From Selaginella moellendorffii (lineage: Eukaryota > Plantae > Lycopodiophyta), in assembly GCF_000143415.4 (NCBI RefSeq), contig NW_003314320.1:1129231-1193230 (forward strand): a stretch of 64,000 bases of DNA. Reading direction: 5' to 3'. Below the pieces are notes generated by a model, which searched no databases, was not told the origin of the DNA, and worked only from the letters and a program-made list of their open reading frames with translations. The position numbers were made by a program, and so were the translations under genes. Shown in pieces: positions 11,591-26,392 of this stretch (positions within the stretch are counted from its first letter, which is position 1; each line of letters opens with the position of its first letter).

Positions 11591-13965
11591 AACTCAAATC
11601 AAATTTTGTAGTTTATCATCAGTAAGGGAACGAAAGAAATAGACGGTTTTCAGCATTCACCTGTTAATTCTTGTAAGAAACTAAAAGAATCTCAAACTAC
11701 TTTGTGGATGGATGAGGCATGGCTCTAGGCACTGGGCGGCGAAGATATCAGCATGCTCGACAGATTACGCCAGGACTTTGTAACAGGCACTCGGTGAATT
11801 TGCACACGGGTAGCTGGTCAACAGGGTGACAGCGAGCAATATGGGATATGTCCAGCAGCAGTGACCAATCATCAGCTCATGCCATGAGAGTGTAAGATCT
11901 TGGCCAGGCAGTTTCTAGATGAAATAAAAGACAAGCAAGCACACTTAATTTTTCTTCTAATCCTTTCTAGGAATTGCATTATACATTGGACTATGCTTCT
12001 TGACAAAGATGGTGAGTTATTCAAGAGGTATTTTAACAGTTCAACAATTCAAAAGAGAGGTTGCAAAATAATTAAGTTTACTTTGTATGTGTAGGCCGTT
12101 GAATCTGAAGCAAAAGCGGATCTACAACATGATTCTTAGATTTGACCAACTTATGGTGTCTCCTGATCTGATTCCGGCTTGGCACAGCAGATTGCTAGAG
12201 TTGAGGAAGAAATTATATTTTCATAAATTTGTAACCATTGGGATCAGTAGGGTGGAGATACTTTTTGTGGTAGGGCTTTTCTGGAGTAGGGAAGACTGGG
12301 TTACTTATTGAGGCTATAGCAATGATTCGAAAATTTCTGGCTCCAAGCAACAAATGGGCCTGTGGATGCTTTTTACATCAGTTTTAATGGTTTAGATGTC
12401 ACACTTTTAAGCTTGCCTCGAGTGTTTGAGGGACTGTCCATTTCTGATCCATCCATTTTTCAATTGATATCCTAAACACTCACTTTGGTAGAAGTGATTG
12501 GCATTATATTTGTCTTTAGATGTTTCTTCCTCAATTTTTTTGGTTGTCTTTTTTTTTTGTCTGAAGTTTTAAACATTTTTTTCTTCAAAGGAGGGGGTTA
12601 AAAGGGATAGATGGGAATTTGGCCTCAACTATAGTGCATATAGTTTTCACCTTTTATGTTATAGTGATTTATTAACCACAAAGTGGAACTTAAACCCTTT
12701 ATATACCATGTGCCACATGCCATATATCTAAGGATAATAGAGTGAAACTTGAGTTTTAAGGTTTTAAACCACTGAATGATGATATAGAAAGAGCAATAAA
12801 ACTGAAGCACAGAGCAACTCCCGAATATATTAAAGAATGAAAGGACAAGAGCACGAAGCAATTTAGAATAGTCCCAAAACTTATAGCATTCTAATGCTAG
12901 GACTAACACATAAAATAAAGCCACATAAAGTTTAATGCTGTGGGTTAATGCTGGCTTAATGTGAGGATATATTAACTAAATTTTGTGGAATTTAGGCTTA
13001 AACCCAAACCAGACACAGAATAAACATAAGTACATAAATGGGAACTAAACTATACCTTAAGTTAATTAGCCATACCTTACCCATTATCCTTATTATATAT
13101 TTAAAACCCTTCACATCCCCTTTATTATCTTTATCCAACATTGCACATAGGAAGTTAAGTTTACTTCATTTGTTTTTCACATCCTCTTTATCCCTTTTTT
13201 GAATTCTGAAGCATTAAGTCTATTCAAACTTGTTATACTTGTCTTCACTCTATTACCTATGTTCAAAGTTCAAAATTATGACTTTAAAGTTCATTTGAGC
13301 ATTTAACAATTGCACACAATAGTTCATTGGGATTTAATAGTGAGCTAATGTGTGTGCTATAGCTTTGAGTTTTATTTTAATCATGGTTATAAATAACTAT
13401 GTTAGTAGTTTTGTGAGAACTTTAACTTATTATAGTAATTTATAATGACCCAACAAAAGCTCCAAAGAGTTCCACCTTTATCATCATCACCTTTTCATTT
13501 TCCAAGAGGGGATTCTGTAAATATATGTATATATATAGTTATATTTACTCATCTACTAACTAGTAAGTAGGGTCTAAACCCCAATTAATATATTTATTCT
13601 AAGCACTCACAAATAGAATTATTATACTTATATAAATTTTAATTTATAATATGATTCATTAATTATGCAAATTAACATATTTTTGTTCAATATATCATTG
13701 ATAAGAAAATAGTAAATAGAGAATATCCAGGTATAGTCAATCGAGAGTTGGAAATCCATCCGTAGGCCCTGAGGGCTTCCTGCTACATCCTTCTCGATGT
13801 GGTGGAACTCAACCTCACTGATATTGTGGTGGCAGACTTGAGGTTCTTGACTGACAGCATGCCTCAGCAGCACGGCCTGTGGTACTTCTGCACCCCCGTC
13901 AGCTCGATGTTTAGCCTGGTCACGTAAGCTGCCACGATCTCGTGGATCCACCGCCCGACCTGACG

Positions 13966-15120
13966 CTAGATCGAGTTGAGCTTGTCCGAGACGTTGAGCC
14001 TGTCCTGCATGTAAGTCTGGAGATCCGATTCCGCGAAGTAGATCTCGGCGTTGTGAGGCTCCGTCGCCAGAGCCTTCCACCTTTGCCTTGTCGCAGAGAG
14101 TCGATTGAGTCTGGCACGCCGCCAGGAGCGTCGTCGCCTGGCTCGAAAGGCAAGCTGTCGATGGGCTCCTCGGCCCGGCCGAGCAGCCCCTTCCGGCACA
14201 GGATCCGCCAGGCAGTCGTAGTGAGCCAGCGCCGGGCTCACGCCATGATAGATGTTGGCGAAGTTGAAGACCCGCAGCGTCTCAGGTGGATGACGCTTGA
14301 TCACTTCCATCGTTATCATCCAGTTCTCGCTGAGAGGAGAGCCCGCCACCGTCTTAACAAGTTTGCGGCGTTTGAGAGGCGGATGGTCACAGTAATGATC
14401 CGCCGCCGCTGGTGTCTTCCTCTTGTTTCCAGGCAGCGGGTAGAATAGCCCTGTCAAGGAAAAGAGTTGGCCGATTCCACAGAAATCACGAAAAAACTTA
14501 CTGTCAGGGAGAGTAAGTTTGCGGTGATTGAGAGGCGGCTGATCACAGTAATGATCCACCGGTGCCATCCTACCACGACCATCAATCTCGGAGTAGAATA
14601 GCCCTGTTTACAAGGAAAAGAGTCGGCCGATCCCATAGAAATCACGAAACAATCTTACTGTCAGGGAGAGTAAGTTTGCGGCAATCAAGAGGCGGATGAT
14701 CACAGTCATGATCCACTGCCGCCGGTGCCTTCCTCTTATTTCCAAGCAGCTCTGCCGCACCACGATCATCAAACCCCCCAGTTTAGTGAGCCGACCACAC
14801 AGAAATCACGAAATAAGCTTACTGTTAGGGAGAGTAAGTTTGCCGCGATCGAGAGGCGGATGATCACAGACCGCCGGCGGTGCCTTCCTCTTGTTTCCAA
14901 TCACTGTGTTATGATCATCGAGCTCCGGGTATAACAACCCTGCTTACAAAAAAAAGCGTTAGCGGAAAACAAGCGACAAGACCTTGGAAACCTTGACCCA
15001 GCTCGGGCTTCCGGGCGAACTCCTGTAGCTCCACCACCTTTTCATCGTCAGAGCGTAGGATTTGCTGCTGCTTGGGCGGTTCGACGCTGCAAAGCTGTTC
15101 GGGGGATGAATCGTGCTGTA
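13966..15120 (-). CDS. Orphan multi-exon gene (or pseudogene) with tandemly repeated exons; product unknown
   Basis: GT-AG introns at 14451-14501, 14604-14658, 14940-14982; repeated exons encode GNKRKxP..(DHY)CDHPPLxxxKL. Start not identified. Confidence 0.4.
14355..14900. repeat. Four degenerate ~155-165 bp tandem units
   Basis: Anchor aagtttgc..gagaggcgg.tg.tcacag recurs at about 14359, 14515, 14672 and 14837. Confidence 0.85.
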
Positions 15121-15569
15121 CCAAAGAGAGCATCAACAAAAAAGGAAAAAAGAAGGGGAAAATGAGAGAGGAAAAGGAGAAACGCTAGCCATACCACTTC
15201 CTGTGCAGCTTCGATTTCCTGAGCCTACAAGCAGGAATGAGAAATTGAGAAGAAGCCCCAAAACTCACCTCAATCAGAGCATCTAAATCACTCGGGAGCT
15301 CATCCTTGACATTCCATTCACTGCATACAAAGTTAAAAGCAAGCACGATTTCCGCTATCTGTAATAGCTCAAACAACATCTTGGAAAGAAAGAGAGAGAG
15401 CGCTCGCTAGAAACAAGCAAATACCCAAATCTTAACCTAGTTAAGCAAATGGCTTGTAAGGTTTAGGTAACCCTTGACGGTACCTTTTAATTTTCAACCA
15501 AAGTATAATTAACACGAGTAACTGAGAGTAAAGGTCTTGGATTTACCGCTCTGCTAGTAGTATGCATGA

Positions 15570-16714
15570 CGAATCTTTCCATGGCTGGAGCATTCTTCCA
15601 CAAGTAGTAGGACCAGTCCACCATTGCATTGAAATAGTACTTTCTGCACCACCTTAAAATGTTGAGATTTGATGACTACATTGTCACAGCCGTTTCAACA
15701 CTTAATTCCAAGTTGTTTGATGTCCCCAATTGCCTCGGGAGCTGTAAAAGAAATCGCTCTAGCACTCTCATGTTGACATGCCCATCGCAAATTATAAACT
15801 CCCCCACCTCACTAAAAACCTCCATATATGTTTGCTGAAGCTTGTCAATGCCATGGTTTTGGAGGGCAGGAAATCATTCCCCAGAAGGAAGCACAAGAAC
15901 ACGAGATCCCTCACGGTGGACCACAGCCACATGGAGCATGGCTTTTCCATCTGCATCTCAAAATCATGCATGAGCGTCTCGATGCTGATGAGCTCGTAAA
16001 TCATCACTCCATCCTTTGGCGTTTGGCAGAGGATGTTGATCTTCCTGGAGAGCAGGCTAGCGAGAGCCAGCATGATCAAGTTGGTGTCGCATCCAACCAT
16101 GCAGTGGAAGTCATGGGCGTTGAACAGCAGAGTTCATATGTGGTTGAAGATGTTGAGCTTGCCCTCCCTGTCCTCCTCCAATGTGGAAATGATCCACTCG
16201 AGCCTCGAGCAAGTGATTGATGTCCTCCGGTGATGATCATATGAACTTGACAGCATGCTTGCCACAAATTGTCACAATTCACTCTCCAACCCATTCATGA
16301 AAGGTGTTCCATCGTGGAGCATTGCCATCTTGGCTTTGCAATTGCTTAGGATGAGATCATTTGTCTGATCTTTAGTGGAATTCTTAGATGCAAAAATACA
16401 TTCTCACGTCCTTTTTGAATGGATCAAAACATCATTAATAAAGTTAATAATCACCTCAAATTCATCTTCTAAGGGGGACAAGGAAGATAAACTTAATTGG
16501 AGCCACCATGGTGATGAACTTGCAGAACTCTTAATAAAAGGTGGTGAAGGTGGCAGGGCAATTGTCACTCTCCAGGATGACTCAGATGATGGCGTTGAGG
16601 TCAACATACAAGTTGGCAGTATCATAGAGAAGAAGATTGTTCTTGGCACATCACATCTCTCGTGCAACAAGGATGCTTGGATACAAGCCAGGCGAAAAAC
16701 CCAAAAACTCCCAT
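15570..16714 (-). pseudogene. Apparently intronless XRN-family 5'-3' exoribonuclease pseudogene
   Basis: MGVFGFFAWL start, NLYVDLNAII, GTPFM, HCMVGCDTNLIMLALA, DLVFLCFLLGNDFLP; stops, frameshifts and deletions. Confidence 0.82.
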
Positions 16715-16841
16715 GATCGATTGCTTGATCCCTTTTGGAAAGTGATACACCCTCACAATCATTTTCGCTGTTATATAGTCGTGAGGATTAAATGTGGTTA
16801 GATAAATACGTTTAGCTAGTAAAGTTAATTAAATATATTAC

Positions 16842-18108
16842 TTATCTGCGGTTTTGAGCATATACCTTTGTCACCCCCAAAATCTTCCAAGCCGAGAGAC
16901 TAGTTGCGCTCGTCAATGGGCAGTGAATCTGGAGTTACTCCCTTAATAGTTTCCATTACGGCTTTCTCAGTGGCAGGCTTGGCTGAGAAGAAAATACACA
17001 AAGAGTGAGCTTATCCCGTTTAGAGCTCAAAACATACCCAAGGCGTATACAAGGATGGACCATTTCAATCCTGGTTCCAGCAACGCCGGCATTCGTATTT
17101 CAGGGTGGCCGTATGTGATCTGCAGTGAGAATGGTTATAGATCAAGAACTATAGAAGTTTTCTGTTTTCCTACCAGCATAAACACTCCTTGTGGTTTCAA
17201 AATCCTGCAAGAGAGAGAGTATGAACTTAATCAGTAGTAGTACACACAGAACCTGTAAGTCTCTCTTCGCATTTGTAGAACGCCTTCGGCCGGATCAACT
17301 CCACACTGAAAGAAGGAACGCAAATTGCATTAGACAAGGATATTTTTGGTGACACAAACACGTTCTAGCATGGCGCCGGCCAGGCCTGAAAAACAAAGAG
17401 AAAAAAATGTAAGAGGAGACTCTGGAGAGTAAACTATAACTTTGTTACCTTTGTCAATGACCGCATCAAAGGAACAGTCTTGAAACGCACTCATGTCCCG
17501 TGAATCTATTGCCACATCTTAAGTTTCGTCAAGGAAGATATGGCTGCTGCAAAGAAGTAACATCACCAAGCCCAAGGATACAAGAGAGCTGAGGAACGTG
17601 AGCATATCTAGCTTTGAAGTTGTCAATCACCATCGAAGATAGATCAGTGTTGACGATTTCCCGGTAGCCATCTTCCACCATATCGTTGACATTGCTGTTT
17701 TACATCACTGGAATTAGTATTCTTTTCTATGGCATCGCTCATTGAGATCTTGGTACCTGAATTGCCACACCCAGCCATCAAAACCCGGGAAGATTCGGGG
17801 ATGTGCTTACGGACAATCGTCTCGAATCTGGAGTAATCCGAGAACCAAAGCATCGGGTTGCTCAGCGTAGCGCTTGTCCCAGTAGGATATCTCGCCATAG
17901 CCACCGGGCTTGGGTGCTGAAGGAGCAAGGAAGAAGGCGGGGTAGCTACAAGCTCCAAATATTTCGAGAATTTCTTACCAGGGAATTTCACCGCTGAGAA
18001 TGGAGGAACCGAGGAGCTGATCTTCGCAAAGCACCGGATGATTCGCGATCGCGCCCTCGCCTCGATGCTGCCGCAGTAGCACGCGCAAGCAATGCGCGCC
18101 GAGAGCAT
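16842..18108 (-). pseudogene. EEF1AKMT4/METTL13-like SAM methyltransferase with transit-peptide-like N-terminus; frameshift near 17848
   Basis: YGEISYWDKRY, WFSDY, VLMAGCGNS, FDAVIDKG, ITYGHP motifs over several short-intron exons; YWDKRY and WFSDY are in different frames. Confidence 0.75.
17518..17581 (-). other. U12-type (minor spliceosome) GT-AG intron
   Basis: Minus strand: GTATCCTT donor and TTCCTTGAC branch site just upstream of the AG. Confidence 0.8.
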
Positions 18109-18179
18109 TTGGCTTAAACCCTAGATAAACCCTTTGATATACAATTAGAGTGGTTCCGATCGAGTGATGGGATTGTTCC

Positions 18180-19165
18180 AGCTGAATCCGTGTAGCAAGG
18201 AGGAAGAAGAGGGAGCGCATGGCAAGGCCATAGCCGGCGCACAGCCTCCTCCCGACGGAGAATGGGATGATCTGGACGTGCTGCCCCGGGCGAGATAGGA
18301 ATCGCTCGGGCTGGAATTCGTTGACGAGGAGTTTGCATTCGCGGGGATTATGGTGCCATGGCCATCGCCGAGCTCCACGGGGCGGAGGCGCCCCAGCGGC
18401 AACGCCGGGTGGAGGCGGAGGGCCTCCTTGAGGATCGCCTGGATGAATGGGAGATTTGGGAGGTCGGATTCTTCCACCCCTCCCGATGATTTGATCCAGT
18501 TCTTCTTGGGCGTTGCGCATGACCTCGTGTTTGCTGATCACTTCGGACATGTACCACTCGATCGTGGAGGTTTGAATCCGGCACCCACCATATCCTGGAA
18601 GAACGATGAATCGTCACATCGCAGAGAAGAGGATCCAGAAGGATGGTGATCACTTACGCACAATGATCTCTTGGTCCGAGAGCTTGTCACTGTCGTCCAG
18701 GGAGATGAGACCGTCCACAAAGTCGCGGCAGACAAACCCATCGCCCCGCCTTCTTGCGCTCCCGGTGCTCCCGGACTTGATCGTCGAGCAGCGCCTTGAT
18801 CCGGGGCATGATCTCGCCCCTCATCTTGGCGTAGACGCCGTGGAGATCCATCTAATCGAGCGACGGGATGATGTTGAGGTCTGCCCGGCCATGTTATTGA
18901 TCGTCTCTACCACCTCGGGACACTCCTCGCTGAAGAGCGTAAGGCACAGCGACCCGACGCGTGTCTGGCGAAGAGGGTCGGCTCGCTGCGCCGCGATCGA
19001 TCGAGGATGCTGTCCATGGCGGCAGGGGGCACTGGTGGTGACCATGGCGTTGCTGAAGAGGTTCGTGGCGCAGATCTTGCGCATGAGCTTCCCCGGTGAG
19101 CGGAAGGCCAGGTCGCTCCAGCCGAAGCTGAAGATCCGGAAGAACTCCTCCGACTGGGACTCGGC
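18180..19165 (-). pseudogene. Cytochrome P450 (CYP71 clan-like) pseudogene
   Basis: ESDLPNLPFIQAILKEALRLHP, FQPERF, PFSVGRRLCAG heme motif, spread over several frames. Confidence 0.9.
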
Positions 19166-21137
19166 TGATTGGAGGCAGTATTTTAATGCAAACTTGTTTA
19201 ACATCGTCTGTACTTTATGGTGAGCCATTCGGTATGCTACCAAGTGATATCCAGGCGGAGATTAGATGATAAAGTGTCATGTCTCATGATCACGTTAGGA
19301 AAGGGCTTGGGATAGCAAATGGGAAAATGTTGCCTCTTTATTTGTTATTGGATGAGTCTCAAATGCTTGTGCAGGAGGTTATTGCCAAAGGCAGTGATCT
19401 TCAGGGGCATGTGTAATTGGGTAGGCACTATCATGACTAAACAGTCCTCCCAATTGCTGGGAAATATATGCCAGGGTGGATGGACATCAAAATCACACTA
19501 GAGCCTATGGCTTCTGCAATTCAGGTATTAAGTCTCTCTGTCAAAGACTCCAGGTTTGCATCCATCGAGCCTCAGATAAGGGTACTTTTAGAATACTGTT
19601 CCTGCATGCAAAACTGCAAGTCGTGGTGAATAGGATCCTATTGGAGGGGAACAGAGACATGGTGAAGCATATGTTGCAACTTTGTTTGACAGGTGTGAAG
19701 CTTAAGGCTGCTTCATCATTGGAGATCCAAGAATGTTTAAAAGGGTACGTATATATGCAGGGAACTCCAGCAGGAATCAGGTATAAAAGTCCAACACTGT
19801 TGCTATATGTTCTTTGCAGCTTGGTATTCTTAAGCCAGAGCCCCTAAGAGGGGATTACCTTGAGTACGAGTTTTTTTATGTTCTGATGAGAGTCTATGAG
19901 GGCACTATATACTTTGATTGCAGGACATGGCGCTCGAGGAGCTTTTTGATCTTTCCTGGGGCAATAGGGGATAATAGCCTTCTTCAGATGGAGGTTGAAG
20001 TTAAGGGGGTAGTGATCATCTCATTGATCACATGTATCGATTCTATAATCTCTTCCATGTTCAAGGTATGTTTGAGTGAGACTTAGAGATGTACAAATTC
20101 TATAGTACTAATGTATGGATTTCTTTTCTTTCTGGATGACATTTATATTACAAGAAATGATGATGGATGCCATTATTCATTGTAGTGTAAGGACAAGAGT
20201 TTTGCTACTGATGCTAGGTTCTTTTCAAAAAGCTAAACCAGCAAGAACCTGTAAGAGATTTGGCTAGAACTAAAAAGAAAGAAAACCCAGATCAGTGTGC
20301 AAGAAGGAAAAGAATAATTACTGTTGCCTTTGATCCCAAGTTTATTATCGAAGGTAAGACAAAGATATTTGGTCTTTGGAATGGATGCTGGAGAATGGTT
20401 TACTTCTAAGCTTTCATAGATTTATGCCTAAGCATATGCAATAAGAATTTCTTGGGTTGTAAAAATAATAAATCTAATTCAAACAAATAGATATGATTCA
20501 AAGTTTAGAAAAGTCATATATAAACTTCAATCTCTGTTCTGGGCCATAACTAAAAGGCTATGTTTTTGGTTGTCAAGAGGATCATCAGCTAAATTGGTTT
20601 GAACGATCTGATATTAAGAATTACAAAGATATTTTGTTACAGAGTCAAACCGTGATGCGTCAAGATATGGAAGCCCCAAAAAGGTGATATACAGATTCAC
20701 AAAGAAGATTCCCGCAGATTCCGTTTTGAAATCCTAACAGTTGAAAAATACAGCAATATAATTTGGAAATCCCACTCCTCGTGTTTAGATCGAATTGGGC
20801 TCCACGGCTCCAGCTCCCACCTTGCATTCCCATCCTCCTCGTCTATGCTCCTCTGCGTTTCTTTTCCACTCGCACATAGGAAATCGCGGCCAGCCGAGAG
20901 AAAGGAGGGGTGGCTTCAAATTCGGGGAGTTCGGCGGGAGAGAACGTTGCGTCAGACGCCGGCCAGCAGACCACCGATGCTCCCAATAGTGGCGACGATG
21001 GGCGGAGTACGCCGGCACACACTCAAACATGGACAAGTGAGATGGTACTCCATCAAACAGCGTTTTTTTCTAACGAAACCATCCCTCCTTCCACCATATG
21101 ACAGAACACTCTCTCTAAGTTTTATTCTTCTTCTTCT

Positions 21138-23527
<2,390 letters not shown>

Positions 23528-23838
23528 TTTCTTTTTTGATGATCAAGTACACCACTATGGTTTGACGATATGCTCCGAAAGAAATCGATTTTCCTGAGCT
23601 TTTGGAGACATTTTAGATCGCAACAATGGCACTCTCGACTCGCGCGAATCGCGCGGTGAATTGATTTCGAGGGCCGGGCTGGATCCTTTAGGAGATTCAC
23701 AGTCTAAAAGATGCTATAGCATATGCTTAGACGTCAAATAAATCTGAACCGTAGAATGTTGGACGGTTGAGATGTTCTATGAATGTCTTCTTCCTTTAGC
23801 GAATATGCCACGGGATTGTCTTTGTTGGAAGACCTAAA

Positions 23839-26239
23839 ATGCGGGTGGCCTGGAAGCGTCCCCTGAGGAATGGCGGCCTCCCTAGGTTCTTCAGCTCCTC
23901 TTCTTCTGGTGCGTTAATTGTGTAGATTCATTTGTTAGCTCAGCTGATATTGATTGGATCCAGGGCCACGCGCGCGCTACGAGGAGATGGTCGCGCTGGG
24001 GATCCTCAAGCACGACGAGCAGCAGCACAGGGTTGCGTCGATGCTGGAGTTGCTGCTGGAGAATTTGAAGATCCACCAGAAGAACATGGAGCTCTACAAT
24101 GTAAGTTATGTGATGTTTAAGGCTTTTTTCTTCTCTCTTTTCGTCTCTAAATATCAGCAGACTTTTAGATTGAGCTCCAGAGCTGGAAGAGAACGAGACA
24201 TGAATTACGGGAGCAAATGCTGGAGGAGGAAGCCGAGGCAGAAGAAGCCAGGAAAAATGTGCAAGCGAAAAGAAACTGGAGAGAATCCATAGCGAAGATG
24301 TTCACGAGGTATGGAAAAACAAGTTGTTTTGTTTCTTTCTGATGAAATTTTTCATTTCAGGCAAGGAACATTACGGCAAGTTGAACCGGGAGCTGGAAAG
24401 ATGGTGGCTCGAATAAAACGAGAGAAAAATCTCGACAACTTAATAGGACGTCGCCCTCTTCCTCCAGAATCTCCCAAAGGAATTTATCTTCACGGAAATG
24501 TTGGCTGTGGTAAGCTATTTCGCTACAATGTTTTTTGTTTTTTAAAAGTCAAGCGTTTGCTTGCAGGAAAAACGTTACTTATGGATTTGCTATTCAATTC
24601 CTCAGAAGGTGTTGTGAAGTACCGTCGAAGAATGCATTTTCATGCTGTTAGTAGATCCTCTCGCTACTTAATACGCTGCTCACTTTCTTGTTTTCTTTCT
24701 CAGGCAATGCTGGAAGTTCACGATCGCATGCAGAAGATATGGAAAGAATGGCGTTCATCAGAAAAACCGGGTGACGAAGAGGAGGAAGGAGAATTGGAAC
24801 CGCGAACCGATTCTGTCAGTCCAATCTTTGATGCTATTGCTGACGAACTCTTAAAAAATGCCAGCGATGAAGATGAGTTTGAAGGCGCAAGCTTGTTATG
24901 TTTCGACGAGGTCCAGGTATTATTTTGGTTTCAGCACCGCTTGTTCTGATTTACTTTCACAGGTGGTTGATCCGTTTACCGCGGTGGCACTAGCCGGAAT
25001 TTTTGGTAGGCTTCTTAACAGAGGTCTTGTTCTTGTTGCTACAAGCAATCGTCCTTTCACTGATTTGAACAAGGTCCACAATTCATTACAGTTTTACGGT
25101 GTCCGACTTACAACTCTTATTTCTCTCTTGCCAGGACGGGCTTCAGAAGGAGGTGTTTCTGAAGTTTCTGGAACGCTTGGAAAAACATGTGTGTCCCGTT
25201 TCTGTTGACAACAAAGTGGACTACAGACGAGTGATAGCAGACTCGTATAACAAGGTGCGTTTCTCTTGGAGTCTTTTATTTCACTTACAGATTTCTTTCC
25301 AGGACGAGCAAAAGCACTACTTTTGGCCTTTAAACAGTCAAACTGATGAAAAGTTGAGAGTGGAATGGAAGAATGCGATCAGTTCTTTAGAAAAAAACGG
25401 CCTGACCGTTTCATCAAGTCGTGTGCCGGTTATGTTTGGCAGGTACTTACCATCTTTTGTGTCCAAGGATTTGGTAAAATTCTTTTCGTGATTGCTGCAG
25501 AGCTCTCGAAATCCCAGAGTCCTGCGACGGCGTTGCAAAGTTTACTTTCGAGCAACTCTGTGATTACCCTGTAAGTTTCTGTTTCCAAAACTCTTTACTC
25601 TTCTGAGAAAACGCACAGCTTGGAGCAGCGGATTACATGGCTCTCGCGCAAAGATATCACACTGTTTTCATCACTAATATCCCTGTCATGAGCATGAAGA
25701 TTCGAGACAAGGTAAATATAGTTTAGTCTCTGATACGATTTATAACTGACTGTTTCGCTAGGCTAGAAGATTCATCACCCTGGTGGATGAACTATATAAT
25801 CATCAGTGTCAACTCATTTGCACAGCAGCAGCTCCTCCAGACGAACTTTTCCTTGGAACAGATGAAGGCCCCTTGATCGATCTAGAAGGGTGAGTGCTAT
25901 CTTCACCAATTCTCTGGTCACAGCTTTTTATGTTTCCATCCAGGCTACAGTTTGAGACCGAAGCTGAAGGAACGAGGCTTCGAAGAAATGTCCTTGTATC
26001 GGGGAACGTCGCCCCAGTCACAGATCACAGCAAAGTGCAGCTACTCCTGTCTGGCTACGAGGAAATGTTTGCATTTCGTCGTGCGGTATGTCTTTCCTGA
26101 TCCTTTACCTCCCAACTTCTGGCTTGATCACACCGAGCTTTGATATTCGCAGGCCTCGAGGCTTATAGAAATGCAAACCCCTGCCTACACTCTCGAACGC
26201 TCGTTAATGGGCCTTTCTCAAACTTCGAAAGGTACATAA
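23839..26239 (+). CDS. AFG1: AFG1/LACE1/ZapE-like mitochondrial ATPase (multi-exon)
   Basis: PKGIYLHGNVGCGKTLLMD, HFHA, LLCFDE, LVATSNR, ARRFITLVDELY, SRLIEMQT. Confidence 0.93.
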
Positions 26240-26392
26240 TAAAGGTTAAGGCTCTTAAGCTAATCAGTTGTTATCTTTAAAACCTGAGGTCGAGAGTTCA
26301 AGCCTCTCTCACGCAAAATTTTGGCGTTGGGTTTTAAATTTTGCATTTTGGCGCCAAACACGTTTTAGGGTTCTTGTGTTAGGGCTTTGGCG

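Noticed and set aside
13412-13611. Possible solo LTR: TGTGAG start and tattctaagcactcaca end resembling the Gypsy LTR end
   Set aside because: No matching TSD for either candidate start (12960 or 13412) and no internal similarity that I could see.
14355-14900. Repeat array considered as CRISPR-like
   Set aside because: Eukaryotic context; long degenerate units containing splice sites rather than short repeats with unique spacers.
15185-15379. F-box-like fragment (LFELL...E.....VCSEW)
   Set aside because: Too short and degenerate to list as a feature.
19250-20100. Short ORFs, possibly TE-derived
   Set aside because: No recognisable motif.
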